Positions 1 through 9,653 of a stretch of 32,000 bases of DNA are shown here, piece after piece; within the stretch, counting starts at the first letter, position 1, and the number at the start of each line of letters is the position of its first letter. The DNA is from Methanocaldococcus jannaschii DSM 2661 (GTDB lineage Archaea > AGJL01 > Methanococci > Methanococcales > Methanocaldococcaceae). The notes below the pieces were generated by a model. That model was not told the origin of the DNA and made no database searches. It was given only the letters and a program-made list of their open reading frames with translations. The stretch lies in contig NC_000909.1 of the NCBI RefSeq assembly GCF_000091665.1, positions 383,581-415,580 of the forward strand, read 5' to 3'. A program made the translations under genes and the position numbers.

Positions 1-119
1 GCAAATATAACATCCCATAGTAAAATCTCGATATAAAGGTTCTTAAGTCAAACTCTTTTAGTGCGTTAATACAGCTATCTAAGAAGTGAATGCACTCTTT
101 TAGATAGACATTGTTTAGG

Positions 120-1403
120 TTATGCATTCTTTCCATCACCTAAGACATAAACTTTAAAGCCCTCCTTTTCCCACAACTCTCTATTTAATATATTTTTAGT
201 ATCAAGGATTATTTTATTTTTTACCTTTGAGGCGATATTTTTTATATCTTCTTTATCAAAATTTTTATATTCATCATGCTCAGCTAATATAACGATAATA
301 TCAGCTCCTTCAACAGCTTCATCTAAACTATTTAAAGGATAAATAAAATCTCTCGCATATTTATCATAGCATTTAACTTCAAAGCCCTCATCTATCAATT
401 TACTAACCACTTTTTCAGCTGGACTTTCCCTTGTGTCATCTACATTTCCTTTATATGTTACTCCAAATATTGCCACTTTTCCAATATCTTTTTTAATAAT
501 CTTCTTTATCTTTTCAACAACAAATAATGGCATAGAGTCGTTTAACTCTCTTGCAGTTCTTATTAATTTAGCGTTCTTTGATTTCTCAACAATAAACCAC
601 GGGTCTATGCTTATACAATGCCCACCTACTCCTGGCCCTGGCTTTAAAATATTTACTCTTGGATGTTTATTGGCTAATTCTATTGCTTCCCAAACATTAA
701 TGCCAATTTCCTCTGCAATTTTTGCAAATTCGTTGGCTAAGGCAATATTAACATCTCTATAAGTATTTTCCATTAACTTAACCATCTCTGCTGTTTTAGC
801 ATCAGTTAAATATATCTTTCCAGTAACAAAAGTTTCATAAATCTCTTTTGCCATTTCAGCAGATTTTTCATCAACTCCTCCAATAACTCTATCATTTTCA
901 ACAAGTTCCTTCAATATACTGCCTGGCAAAACTCTCTCTGGGCAGTGAGCAACATAAATTTTCTTATCCTTTGATAATTTTTTATAAATATCATCAGTTG
1001 TTCCTGGAGGAATCGTGCTTTCTATTATTATTAAATTCCCATTTTCAAGATATGGTTTTATGCTTTCAATAGCTTTATTTAAATAGGTTAAATCACATTT
1101 TTTTTCTCCATCACACTCTATGCAAGGTGTTGGCACACATATAATAAAAACATCTGCTTTTTCAGGTTTTGTTTGCACTTTTAGATTTCCAGAGTTTATA
1201 GCCCCTTTAACTAAAGTCATTAAATCTTTTTCTGTAGTTTTAAAGCTCAGTTCTTTAATTTCTTTCACTCTTTTTTCATTTATATCCACACCAATAACAT
1301 CAAATCCCTGTATTGCTAACATTGAAGCCGTTGGCAAACCAATGTAACCCAAACCAATTACACATATCCTTTTTCCAATGCCATTTTTCTCTACTTTTGT
1401 CAT
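120..1403 (-). CDS. wecC: UDP-N-acetyl-D-mannosamine (UDP-sugar) dehydrogenase, WecC family
   Basis: ORF 427 aa; N-terminal Rossmann motif [14 protein letters not shown]; family motifs [16 protein letters not shown] and [15 protein letters not shown]. Confidence 0.93.
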   Translation of the reverse strand: MTKVEKNGIGKRICVIGLGYIGLPTASMLAIQGFDVIGVDINEKRVKEIKELSFKTTEKDLMTLVKGAINSGNLKVQTKPEKADVFIICVPTPCIECDGEKKCDLTYLNKAIESIKPYLENGNLIIIESTIPPGTTDDIYKKLSKDKKIYVAHCPERVLPGSILKELVENDRVIGGVDEKSAEMAKEIYETFVTGKIYLTDAKTAEMVKLMENTYRDVNIALANEFAKIAEEIGINVWEAIELANKHPRVNILKPGPGVGGHCISIDPWFIVEKSKNAKLIRTARELNDSMPLFVVEKIKKIIKKDIGKVAIFGVTYKGNVDDTRESPAEKVVSKLIDEGFEVKCYDKYARDFIYPLNSLDEAVEGADIIVILAEHDEYKNFDKEDIKNIASKVKNKIILDTKNILNRELWEKEGFKVYVLGDGKNA

Positions 1404-1570
1404 TTTATCCCCAAAAATTTCTATTTAGATTGATTATTGACAGTTATTATTAGCAGTTTATATATAATAGGTGAGTTATATATACTCCAAAACTATAAGC
1501 AATAAAATACAAAAAGTTTAAGGATTTATAATTTTATGTAAGATATAAAAATATTTTGTGAGGGATTGTC

Positions 1571-2758
1571 ATGGAGAGAATAGCTGTCTTAGCGTATTCT
1601 GGAGGATTGGATACAAGCTGTTGCTTAAAATTATTGGAAGATAAGTATGGTTATAAGGTAGTTTCTGTCTGTGTGGATGTTGGACAGCCAGAAGAAGAGA
1701 TAAAAGAAGTTGAAGAGAAAGCTAAAAAATTAGGAGTTTTAAAGCACTACACAATAGATGCAAAGGAAGAATTCGTTAAAGATTACATATTTAGAGCTAT
1801 AAAGGCAAATGCAATGTATGAAGGCTATCCCCTATCAACAGCATTAGCGAGACCTTTAATTGCTCATAAGGTTGTTGAAATAGCTGAGGAAGTTGGAGCT
1901 GAGGCAGTTGCTCATGGATGCACTGGAAAGGGTAACGACCAGTTCAGATTTGAAACAACTATAAGAATTAAAGCTCCACATTTGAAAATTATTGCACCAA
2001 TTAGGGACTTAAACCTAACAAGGGCTGAAGAAATTGAGTATGCTAAAGAAAAAGGAATCCCAATCCCAACGGAAAGTAAAAAATACAGTATAGATGAAAA
2101 CTTATGGGGAAGAAGTATTGAAGGTAGTGAGTTAGAAAACCCTGACTTTGTTCCACCAGAAGAGATATATGCATGGACTAAAAACCCAGTTGAAGATAAA
2201 GAGGAAGAGATTGTTGAGATTGAGTTTAAGGAGGGCGTTCCAGTAGCTATAAATGGAGAAAAATTAGAACCAGTTGAGTTAATAAAGAAAGCTAATGAGA
2301 TTGCTGGAAAGCATGGTGTTGGAAGAATAGATATTATTGAGGATAGAATCATAGGATTAAAATCAAGAGAAAACTATGAATGTCCTGGAGCTGTTTTGTT
2401 ATTAACTGCTCATAAAGCTTTAGAGCAGTTAGTTTTAACAAGGGATGAGCTTAGATTTAAAGAGATCGTTGATAGTTTATACGGAGAGTTAATTTATAAA
2501 GGACTTTGGTTTGATCCATTAAGGGAGGATTTAGATGCTTTTATAGACAAAACTCAAGAGAGAGTTACTGGAACTGTGAAAGTTAAGTTATTTGGAGGAA
2601 CTGCAAGAGTTGTTGGTAGAGATAGTCCTTACGCTTTATACAGTAAGGAATTAGTTTCATTTGATGAGAAGGAGATTGACCAGAAAGAATTGGCTGGAAT
2701 GGTTAAGTATCATGGATTACAGGCAATGTTATATGAGATGAGGAAAAAGAGAAAATAA
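1571..2758 (+). CDS. argG: Argininosuccinate synthase
   Basis: ORF 395 aa; N-terminal PP-loop [15 protein letters not shown]; [13 protein letters not shown]; YECPGAVLL. Confidence 0.97.
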   Translation: MERIAVLAYSGGLDTSCCLKLLEDKYGYKVVSVCVDVGQPEEEIKEVEEKAKKLGVLKHYTIDAKEEFVKDYIFRAIKANAMYEGYPLSTALARPLIAHKVVEIAEEVGAEAVAHGCTGKGNDQFRFETTIRIKAPHLKIIAPIRDLNLTRAEEIEYAKEKGIPIPTESKKYSIDENLWGRSIEGSELENPDFVPPEEIYAWTKNPVEDKEEEIVEIEFKEGVPVAINGEKLEPVELIKKANEIAGKHGVGRIDIIEDRIIGLKSRENYECPGAVLLLTAHKALEQLVLTRDELRFKEIVDSLYGELIYKGLWFDPLREDLDAFIDKTQERVTGTVKVKLFGGTARVVGRDSPYALYSKELVSFDEKEIDQKELAGMVKYHGLQAMLYEMRKKRK

Positions 2759-2765
2759 TTTCTCT

Positions 2766-3380
2766 TTAATCTTTTTTATGATTGTCTAAATGTATTAAAG
2801 AAGGCATAACACTTTTTTGATAGGCATATTTTGATGTTTTTCTTTCTGAATAACCAACATCTGCTGGAGATAGTAGCTTGCTAAATATTAATTGTCCAAT
2901 TCTTTGATTTTTATATAGAATAACTGGTTTATCGAAAGCAACAATCTCCAAGGTTATTTTTCCTTTAAATCCAGCGTCAATCCATCCAGCAGTTTGGTGA
3001 GAAGTTAAAAAAACCCTTCCTAAACTACTTCTACCTTGATATTGGGCAGATATATCATTTGGAAGCTCTATATACTCATTTGTTGTTCCTAAAACACCAC
3101 CTTCAACAACATAATCAACATTATATTTTTCTTTAAAATAGTTGATTTTTTCTTCAGTTAAATTGTAGTTTAGAGGACAAACTAAAATAGAGTTTTTTAT
3201 CTTTATTCTTTTGTAATTTAGCTCTTTTGATAAATCATAAACCTCATCATCGTAGATTATAAATTCATCTCCTAATGTCACATCGTAACTACATGGCCCT
3301 ACGAAATCTTTGTTAAATGGCTTTATAATAATTCTTTTTGATGTAACATAGTCAATAATATCTTTATCACTAAGAATCAT
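2766..3380 (-). CDS. dcd: dCTP deaminase / dUTP diphosphatase (bifunctional archaeal type)
   Basis: ORF 204 aa; motifs GRSSLGR, HQTAGWIDAGFKGKITLE, YKNQRIGQL. Convergent with argG, 7 bp apart. Confidence 0.92.
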   Translation of the reverse strand: MILSDKDIIDYVTSKRIIIKPFNKDFVGPCSYDVTLGDEFIIYDDEVYDLSKELNYKRIKIKNSILVCPLNYNLTEEKINYFKEKYNVDYVVEGGVLGTTNEYIELPNDISAQYQGRSSLGRVFLTSHQTAGWIDAGFKGKITLEIVAFDKPVILYKNQRIGQLIFSKLLSPADVGYSERKTSKYAYQKSVMPSLIHLDNHKKD

Positions 3381-3548
3381 AACCTATCACCAAAAAGTAT
3401 TTTGTTGGGTTTATATCTACATTTGGTATTAAAAACATTTTTAGCATTAATTTTTAAATTTCTTTGAAAATTATAATTATATATTTAGATATATAGATAA
3501 AAATAATAAAAAATAAAAAAAGAAAAATAAAATTATTACAATTACAAT

Positions 3549-3776
3549 TTAAATATTACTTAAGTTACTAATGTATTCCTGTGATTTATTAGCAGTAACA
3601 TTTATAAAAGCTGCTGATTTATTTCCAGCACTTGCTACTGCACTTTTAGCATTTTTTACGTAGAAGTATGCTGCAATTATAGCAACTAATACAGCTGCTG
3701 CAACTAAAACTCCAACTTCCATTGATAACTGCCCTTTCTTTGATAATAATTTCTTTAAGATTTTCATCTTACCCAC
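3549..3776 (-). CDS. Archaeal type IV pilin-like protein with class III signal peptide
   Basis: 75 aa; charged N-terminus followed by KKGQLSMEVGVLVAAAVLVAIIAAYF, matching the QxSxExxxL class III signal peptide pattern. Confidence 0.85.
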   Translation of the reverse strand: MGKMKILKKLLSKKGQLSMEVGVLVAAAVLVAIIAAYFYVKNAKSAVASAGNKSAAFINVTANKSQEYISNLSNI

Positions 3777-3987
3777 CTTTTTATTTTCCCTATGTTTTAA
3801 TCATATGTTTTAGGTCACATTTTATTTATTTTCCATATTTGTTATATATACTTTTTGATTACTTTGCATTACAGAGAATAATAGTAATTTTGATTATATT
3901 GAATCATTTAATAATCCTGTATAATGTGAGGATTTATGGGTAATGGTTTATAAATTTATTTGGCTTTTCCCCCAACTTTGCCCCATT

Positions 3988-4128
3988 TCACAGCCCTAAA
4001 TTTTTTGCAGATAGTATAAAAAAATATGCTATAGTTATGGCTACTAATGATGCGGAGCTCGCTAATATGATGATTTCCATTGATGATTGCCCTCTCTTAG
4101 ATAGTAGTTTCTTTTTTATTAGTTTCAT
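3988..4128 (-). CDS. Very short class III signal peptide (pilin-like) protein, 46 aa, not in supplied ORF track
   Basis: Manual translation of the minus strand: MKLIKKKLLSKRGQSSMEIIILASSASLVAITIAYFFILSAKNLGL*. KRGQSSMEIIIL matches QxSxExxxL and is followed by a hydrophobic stretch. Confidence 0.75.
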   Translation of the reverse strand: MKLIKKKLLSKRGQSSMEIIILASSASLVAITIAYFFILSAKNLGL

Positions 4129-4265
4129 AATTGACAACTCCGGATATTATTAATAACTCAAACAAAAATAATATGAAACACTAAATTTTTATACAAGAAT
4201 AAAGGCTTATTTATAAACCTAATAACAACTTTAAAAATGTCTAATAATTAAACGAACATTGAAAA

Positions 4266-4544
4266 TTAACACTCTATATTTTTTGATAATTGTAAAATTT
4301 CATATATATAGTTTTTGAATGCAACCCTGCCTTTATTGGTAATTTTAATTATTGTTTTAACCCTACCCTTTATTACTGATTTCTTAGTCTCTACAAATCC
4401 ACATTCTTCCAATTTCTTTAAATGATGTTCTAAATTACCATCAGTTAAATTTAACTTTTCTTTTAAATAATTAAATTCGCAATATTCTAAACCATACAAT
4501 AAGGCCAATATTTTAACCCTAACAACAGAGTTAAATATTTTCAT
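4266..4544 (-). CDS. Winged-helix (ArsR/MarR-like) transcriptional regulator
   Basis: 92 aa; SVVRVKILALLYGLEYCEFNYLKEKLNLTDGNLEHHLKKLEECGFVETKK...TNKGRVAF, typical wHTH layout. Confidence 0.8.
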   Translation of the reverse strand: MKIFNSVVRVKILALLYGLEYCEFNYLKEKLNLTDGNLEHHLKKLEECGFVETKKSVIKGRVKTIIKITNKGRVAFKNYIYEILQLSKNIEC

Positions 4545-4552
4545 AATTTCAC

Positions 4553-5080
4553 TTATTCTTTACATATTAAAAAACATAAAGCAACTAAAAACTGAACAAA
4601 AGCAAAAATTAAAAACTGATATTCATGAAATATAAACATTGGAATTGAAGAGAACATCATCAATAGTCCCAAAAATTTTCTCTTCTTTGATTTAAATAAA
4701 ATTCCATCAATAACCAATAAAAAACCGAAAATACCTGCAATAGCAACCCCTGAAATTCTTGGATATGTGTATAAAGTAATGACAGATGAAAGAACAACTG
4801 CAATCATTCCATATTTAACAATTTTTTCGAAAATTTTATCAAAATAGCATCTGGTTTTTTTATAAAGCTTTTGTTGTCTAACAATTAATATGCTTCCAAT
4901 AATTAATAACAATGAAACTATGAATAAAATATTAAAATTCCAGTATTTTATAGATATATGAATTAAAACAAAAATCAAAGAACTTAAAAAATATGAAATA
5001 AAATAAACCTTATTTTTATAGTCCCCATCTTCTGATTTATAACTTTCTTCAACTAACTCTAAGATTTCTTTTGCATCCAT
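4553..5080 (-). CDS. Predicted multi-pass membrane protein, apparently co-transcribed with the wHTH regulator
   Basis: 175 aa; several hydrophobic segments; 8 bp upstream of the regulator ORF on the same strand. Confidence 0.65.
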   Translation of the reverse strand: MDAKEILELVEESYKSEDGDYKNKVYFISYFLSSLIFVLIHISIKYWNFNILFIVSLLLIIGSILIVRQQKLYKKTRCYFDKIFEKIVKYGMIAVVLSSVITLYTYPRISGVAIAGIFGFLLVIDGILFKSKKRKFLGLLMMFSSIPMFIFHEYQFLIFAFVQFLVALCFLICKE

Positions 5081-5090
5081 AAAAATCCCC

Positions 5091-5759
5091 TTATTTTCTC
5101 AAATAAATATATACATCATATTTTCTCCCATCTTCGCTTACAGCAGTAGTTTTCTCTCTAATATAATAAACGTCTAAATCCTCATAGTCATCAAAAATCC
5201 CTAATTCTTTATCAGTAATATCTAACAATATAATGCCATCAATATAACTTCCCTCTTTTTTCCTTGCTCCATAATATCCAATTGTTTCATCAAAAAACTT
5301 CTCATAACCATAAACTCTACCTTCAATCATCTTTGGCACTCTATTTATTAACTCCAATAGTCTCTCTTTTTTCATCAACTCTCCATAGGCAAATACATTA
5401 TATTTGTTGTTTTTATTTTTATCTAACTCTTCCATTATCTTTAAAATCTCTTCTTTTAGCTTAGGAATATCTTTTTTAACAACTTCCCAAGTTAAACCTA
5501 AATCTACCCCAAAATATTTACGGATTAGGATATCCCTCATCTCAGCAAATTCTTTCCATGGAATATGGTTATATTTTTCTCTAAATTCCATAGGTAGGTT
5601 TTTAATTGCCTCTCCTATAATTTCAATTCTCCTAATAACTGCATCCTGTAAAAATTTAGATGTAAAGAAATCATCTTCAGTTTTATCTTTAGTGTATTCC
5701 TCAATAAGTTCAATGCTTTCTAATATATGGTTAAGATAAATTTTTACATCTTTTCTCAT
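5091..5759 (-). CDS. HEPN (DUF86/HepT-like) domain fused to a gamma-glutamylcyclotransferase/AIG2-like domain
   Basis: N-terminal ~115 aa HepT-like (KFLQDAVIRRIEIIGEAIKNLP...HIPWKEFAEMRDILIRKYFGVDLGLTWEVV...DIPKLKEEI). C-terminal ~105 aa GGCT-like (YNVFAYGELMKKERLLELI...IEGRVYGYEKFF...GIILLDITDKELGIFDDYE). Confidence 0.85.
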   Translation of the reverse strand: MRKDVKIYLNHILESIELIEEYTKDKTEDDFFTSKFLQDAVIRRIEIIGEAIKNLPMEFREKYNHIPWKEFAEMRDILIRKYFGVDLGLTWEVVKKDIPKLKEEILKIMEELDKNKNNKYNVFAYGELMKKERLLELINRVPKMIEGRVYGYEKFFDETIGYYGARKKEGSYIDGIILLDITDKELGIFDDYEDLDVYYIREKTTAVSEDGRKYDVYIYLRK

Positions 5760-6037
5760 AGCACATCCACCGCTTCATTTAAAATTCTATCTTTTAAAAG
5801 TGGATGTATGGAGTTGTAGGTTAATACATCAACCTCTTTTCCTAAAACTTCCTCAAGTTCATACTTTAATCTAACCAAATCTAATAAACTCTTCCCCTCC
5901 CCAAATTCAACTAAGATATCTATATCGGATGTTTCTTTCTGTTCATTTCTTGCATAACTACCAAATATTGATGCTCTTTTAACACCATGTTTTAATAGAA
6001 TTGGGATAATTTTTCTTTTAATTTCGTTGATATTCAT
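5756..6037 (-). CDS. Minimal nucleotidyltransferase (MNT/MntA-like), antitoxin-like partner of HEPN
   Basis: GSYARNEQKETSDIDILVEF = GSx10DxD nucleotidyltransferase signature. Overlaps the HEPN-fusion ORF by ATGA. The ORF opens at GTG 6046; the ATG at 6037 is preferred. Confidence 0.88.
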   Translation of the reverse strand: MNINEIKRKIIPILLKHGVKRASIFGSYARNEQKETSDIDILVEFGEGKSLLDLVRLKYELEEVLGKEVDVLTYNSIHPLLKDRILNEAVDVL

Positions 6038-6042
6038 AATTA

Positions 6043-8012
6043 TCACTTATTTATTTTTAATCCTCCTCTTACTTTAACAGCCAATCCATAATTAAATTCT
6101 CTTAACTCAATACCATTTAAAATCGTTGTTCCATAAGCTAAGAGTTCATCATCTTCATTAACAACCAAAACTTCTTCGTAAGGTCTTAACTCCTCATCAC
6201 AATCAATAACAAATTTGGCAAATACATTTCTCCCCTCTCTTGCAAATTCCTCCGCCTCTTTATTAACAACAACCCTATATTTTGGGAAAGGAATTTTTTT
6301 CCACAACAATTTGGCTCCTTTTTCAGAAGGTATTAAGAGGTTGTCATTACTCCTAACTGAGAATAAAATTTCTCCATTTTCATCCAAAACCTGCCTTAAT
6401 CTACCAGTAGTTTTGCTTCTAACAACTTTTATTTTATTCATTAGTTCATCGTCAATTATATCAAAACCATACTGATACTGTAACATTTTCCTAATCCTTA
6501 AAGCATCGGCATTAATTTTTTTATTTGCAGAGAAGTAATTTATATAATAATTGTAGGTCATTATATCTAATATATTGTCTTCTCCGATTTTTTTCTTTAA
6601 CCAATCAATAAATTCATCAACAAACCTCTTGTTTATTTCTTTTTCATAATCAAAAAGCTCAGGAATTTCATGTTGAGATAGTGGATAAACGGTATCTATG
6701 TAGTATGGAATAAACCCAAAGACTGGGTCTTTAATTAAGATATCGACATCTGTCTCAACTACATTTAAATGCTCATGATATGGCTTTTCTATAGAGCTTG
6801 ATACAGTTGTAATATAAACTTTTTCATATCTAAGCCTCTTCAATCTCTTCTTATGTCTCAAAACCTCTGGTCTAAACATCGATTCAATTCCAGTATAGAA
6901 GAAGGCAGATTTTTTAGTTACTGGGTCGAATTTTTCAATATAGTCTATGTATTTCCTAACAACCCTATAAGCTTCCAAAAGCTTTGGATGACATCTAACT
7001 CTCTCCTCAACCAATTCCCATAAACTACCATCTCTTATTGCCTGCTTTATTCTATTTATCTCTTCAAAAGTTACATATAGGTTGTGTTCAGCTAACAATC
7101 TTTCTCTCTCTTTTTTATTTAAACTTGCCAATTCTTTTGGTGTATAGCTTGAACAAACAGGACATGAACATGGAAATGCCTTTAAATCTTTAATCTCTTC
7201 CAAGTGTAAAGTCCCTCTTTCAGTTAAATATCTGTCATCCTTAGCATATAATGCATAAGCAGCAGAATCAAACAAATCACAGCCCAAAGCAACAGCTAAA
7301 GCAAAGAACATTGGATGCCCACAACCAAATAAATGCACTGGCTTGTTTGTTGGTAGATACATCTTTGAGTTTATTATAATTTCAGCAACATCTCTGTATC
7401 TGTATTGCTCCATCAATGGAACAACAGCTCCTATTGGATAGATATCAAATCCTAACTTGGCCATCTCTTTGGCAGATTTTTGCCTCAAATCTAAATAAGT
7501 AGATCCTTGAACAGTTCCATTTAGTAATAATTTAAATCCTCTCTCTTCCTTTAATTCTATAGATGCTTTAGCTCTCTTTAAAGTTTCTTCTAATTCTTTC
7601 TCAGCTCTTTCTCTATCAACATCTGGTGGTGTTGGGATGTCTAATATTGTTCCAACATCCACTCCGATTCTTTCTTGGAATTCTATAATTTCCAATGGTT
7701 CAACTTCAACATCTCCATAAACTCCTAACTGAAAAGAACCACTATCTGTAACAATTACTTTATCAAAGCCAATTAATTTGTGAATCCCTTTTTCTTCAGC
7801 AATTTCTCTTAAATGTTTTGTTTTATAGGTTATGTATGAGTTGTGATGATAACATCTGCCAATTTATTTATTAAATCCATCGATACAATCTGTTTTTTTG
7901 GATTTGGGTGGATAACAGGCATTATTGTTGGTGTCTCAATCTTCTTTCCATTTATGTTTAAGATCCCTATTCTTCCCATTGCATCTCTGTGTTTTATCTC
8001 AAAAGTCATCAT
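6043..8012 (-). CDS. tgtA: Archaeosine tRNA-guanine transglycosylase (guanine-15), interrupted by an apparent -1 frameshift near 7840-7844
   Basis: ORF 7830..8012 ([18 protein letters not shown]...[10 protein letters not shown]) supplies the N-terminus. ORF 6043..7695 ([17 protein letters not shown]...[36 protein letters not shown]...) supplies the rest, with a C-terminal PUA-like region. Translating between them in the other frame gives [51 protein letters not shown]. Confidence 0.92.
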
Positions 8013-8080
8013 GTTATCCTCCTAACGAATTTTTAAATTTTAATTAAAAAAGTAATATGCTTTTACAAAGAAATAATTTT

Positions 8081-8320
8081 TTATTCATCTATTCTTTGAG
8101 TTCTTCTAACTGTGAAGGCAAACAATGCTGGTAAAATAGCCCCTCCTAAGATTGCCTCTGTTAAAGCAACGTCTGGAGCTAACAATGCATAGTATAAATA
8201 AGCCATACACAACCCAGCAAAACCAGATAATATAATGCACTTAATTAAATCTCTTTGTAAGAGGGAGGCTAAACTTGATAACAACGTCATTATTATAACT
8301 ATGTAGTGTATAATTTCCAT
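8081..8320 (-). CDS. MbhD/EhbD-like (DUF4040) small hydrogenase/antiporter membrane subunit
   Basis: 79 aa; LLQRDLIKCIILSGFAGLCMAYLYYALLAPDVALTEAILGGAILPALFAFTVRRT resembles the MbhD/MnhB-type 'APDVALTEAAVG' motif. Confidence 0.7.
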   Translation of the reverse strand: MEIIHYIVIIMTLLSSLASLLQRDLIKCIILSGFAGLCMAYLYYALLAPDVALTEAILGGAILPALFAFTVRRTQRIDE

Positions 8321-8397
8321 TTAACTCACCTTACATAATTTTGTTTATAACTAATAATTTTATCTCACAACCAATATAAAAAATTCTACACTTAAAT

Positions 8398-8484
8398 GGA
8401 ACTTTCGCATTATATATTAAATAAGGTATTTGGATGCCTAAAGGCATCAATATTCAATAAATAAATTTATCTCTGCGAAAGTCC
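8398..8484. repeat. Palindromic intergenic element, copy 1
   Basis: Terminal actttcgca (8401-8409) / tgcgaaagt (8474-8482); central hairpin gatgcc-taaa-ggcatc (8433-8448). Confidence 0.8.
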
Positions 8485-8507
8485 ATAATAAAAGAAGAGG
8501 GATTTTT

Positions 8508-9653
8508 ATGGATTACTATGTTACACTATCCCCGGGGCTTGAAAAAATCTCCAAAAATGAGATTGAATCTTTTGGTGGAAAAATTAAAGAGATTAGAGAA
8601 AATAAAGGAAGAATATTTTTTAGTGGTGATTTAAAACTAATTCCTAAGATTAACTACCTCTCAAGAACTATAGAAAGGATGAATATCTTACTACATAGGG
8701 AAGAGATTCCAAACATAGCCTTAGATGATATTTATAAGAGAGTTTATAATATTGATTGGACTGAATGGATAAAAGAAAATCAATCTTTTGCTATTCGCCC
8801 ATTAAGGGCTGGAGAACATAATTTTACATCAATAGACATTGGAAGAGTTGCTGGTGAAGCAGTAATAAAATCATATCAGAGAGATAAAAACATTAGGCTT
8901 AAAGTTAATTTAGATGAACCAGATGTAATTGTTAGGGTTGAAGTTATATTTGATGAGCTAATTGTTGGAATTGATACCACAGGGGATATTGCATTAGATA
9001 AGAGAGGATATAGAGTTTTTAATCACCCAGCACATTTAAATGCCACTATTGCCTCGTCATTAGTTTATTTAAGTGATTGGAAAGATGATGAGATGTTATT
9101 AGACCCAATGTGTGGAAGTGGGACTATTCCAATAGAGGGAGCTTTGATGAAGAGGAATATCCCACCAGGAAAGTTTAGAGAGAATAAATATGGTTTTAAG
9201 TTTATTGATATTTTTGGCTATGAGTTATTAGATAAAATAAAAAAAGAGATTGTTGAAAATAAAAACATCTACAAAATAATTGGTTTAGATAAAAATCAAA
9301 AATACTTGGATGGAGCTAAAGATAATGCCAAAAATGCTGAGGTTTTGGATACTATAGAATTTATCTGTGGTGATGCTACAAAATTGCATGAAAAATTTAA
9401 TGAAAGTGATGTTATTATAGCAAATCCACCTTATGGCATAAGGATAGGTAGCAAAAGATCAGTTAAAAAGCTATACGATGAATTTTTATCCTCTGCAAAG
9501 GAAATTATGCACGGCTCTTCAAGGCTGATAGTTATAACTGCTGAAGATAAGATGTTTAAAGATGCTATAGCAAAAAATAACTTTGAGGTTAAGGAGGAGT
9601 TCAATGTCATGTTTGGTGGTTTGATGACAAGGGTGTTTTATTTAACTTTATAA
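8508..9653 (+). CDS. trm14: tRNA (guanine6-N2)-methyltransferase, THUMP + Rossmann methyltransferase
   Basis: 381 aa; THUMP-like N-terminus; [13 protein letters not shown] and NPPYGIRIG methyltransferase motifs. Confidence 0.87.
   Translation: MDYYVTLSPGLEKISKNEIESFGGKIKEIRENKGRIFFSGDLKLIPKINYLSRTIERMNILLHREEIPNIALDDIYKRVYNIDWTEWIKENQSFAIRPLRAGEHNFTSIDIGRVAGEAVIKSYQRDKNIRLKVNLDEPDVIVRVEVIFDELIVGIDTTGDIALDKRGYRVFNHPAHLNATIASSLVYLSDWKDDEMLLDPMCGSGTIPIEGALMKRNIPPGKFRENKYGFKFIDIFGYELLDKIKKEIVENKNIYKIIGLDKNQKYLDGAKDNAKNAEVLDTIEFICGDATKLHEKFNESDVIIANPPYGIRIGSKRSVKKLYDEFLSSAKEIMHGSSRLIVITAEDKMFKDAIAKNNFEVKEEFNVMFGGLMTRVFYLTL

Noticed and set aside
433-1347. Plus-strand ORFs of 109 aa and 75 aa inside wecC
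   Set aside because: Antisense shadows of a strongly supported minus-strand gene with low-complexity, Ser/Leu/Phe-rich translation; no independent support.
3722-3943. 73-aa plus-strand ORF near the pilin genes
   Set aside because: Phe/Ile/Leu-rich translation of AT-rich spacer overlapping the 5' end of the pilin gene; no recognisable domain.
4050-4090. aatgatg...tgatga...tgatga pattern resembling box C motifs of C/D sRNAs
   Set aside because: Lies inside the 46-aa pilin ORF (reverse complement of its Ser/Ile/Ala codons), with no convincing D boxes at the right spacing.
7815-7845. Programmed -1 frameshifting in tgtA
   Set aside because: Possible, but no slippery heptamer was identified; a missing base in the reference or a real mutation is simpler. 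Kept only as a frameshift observation.
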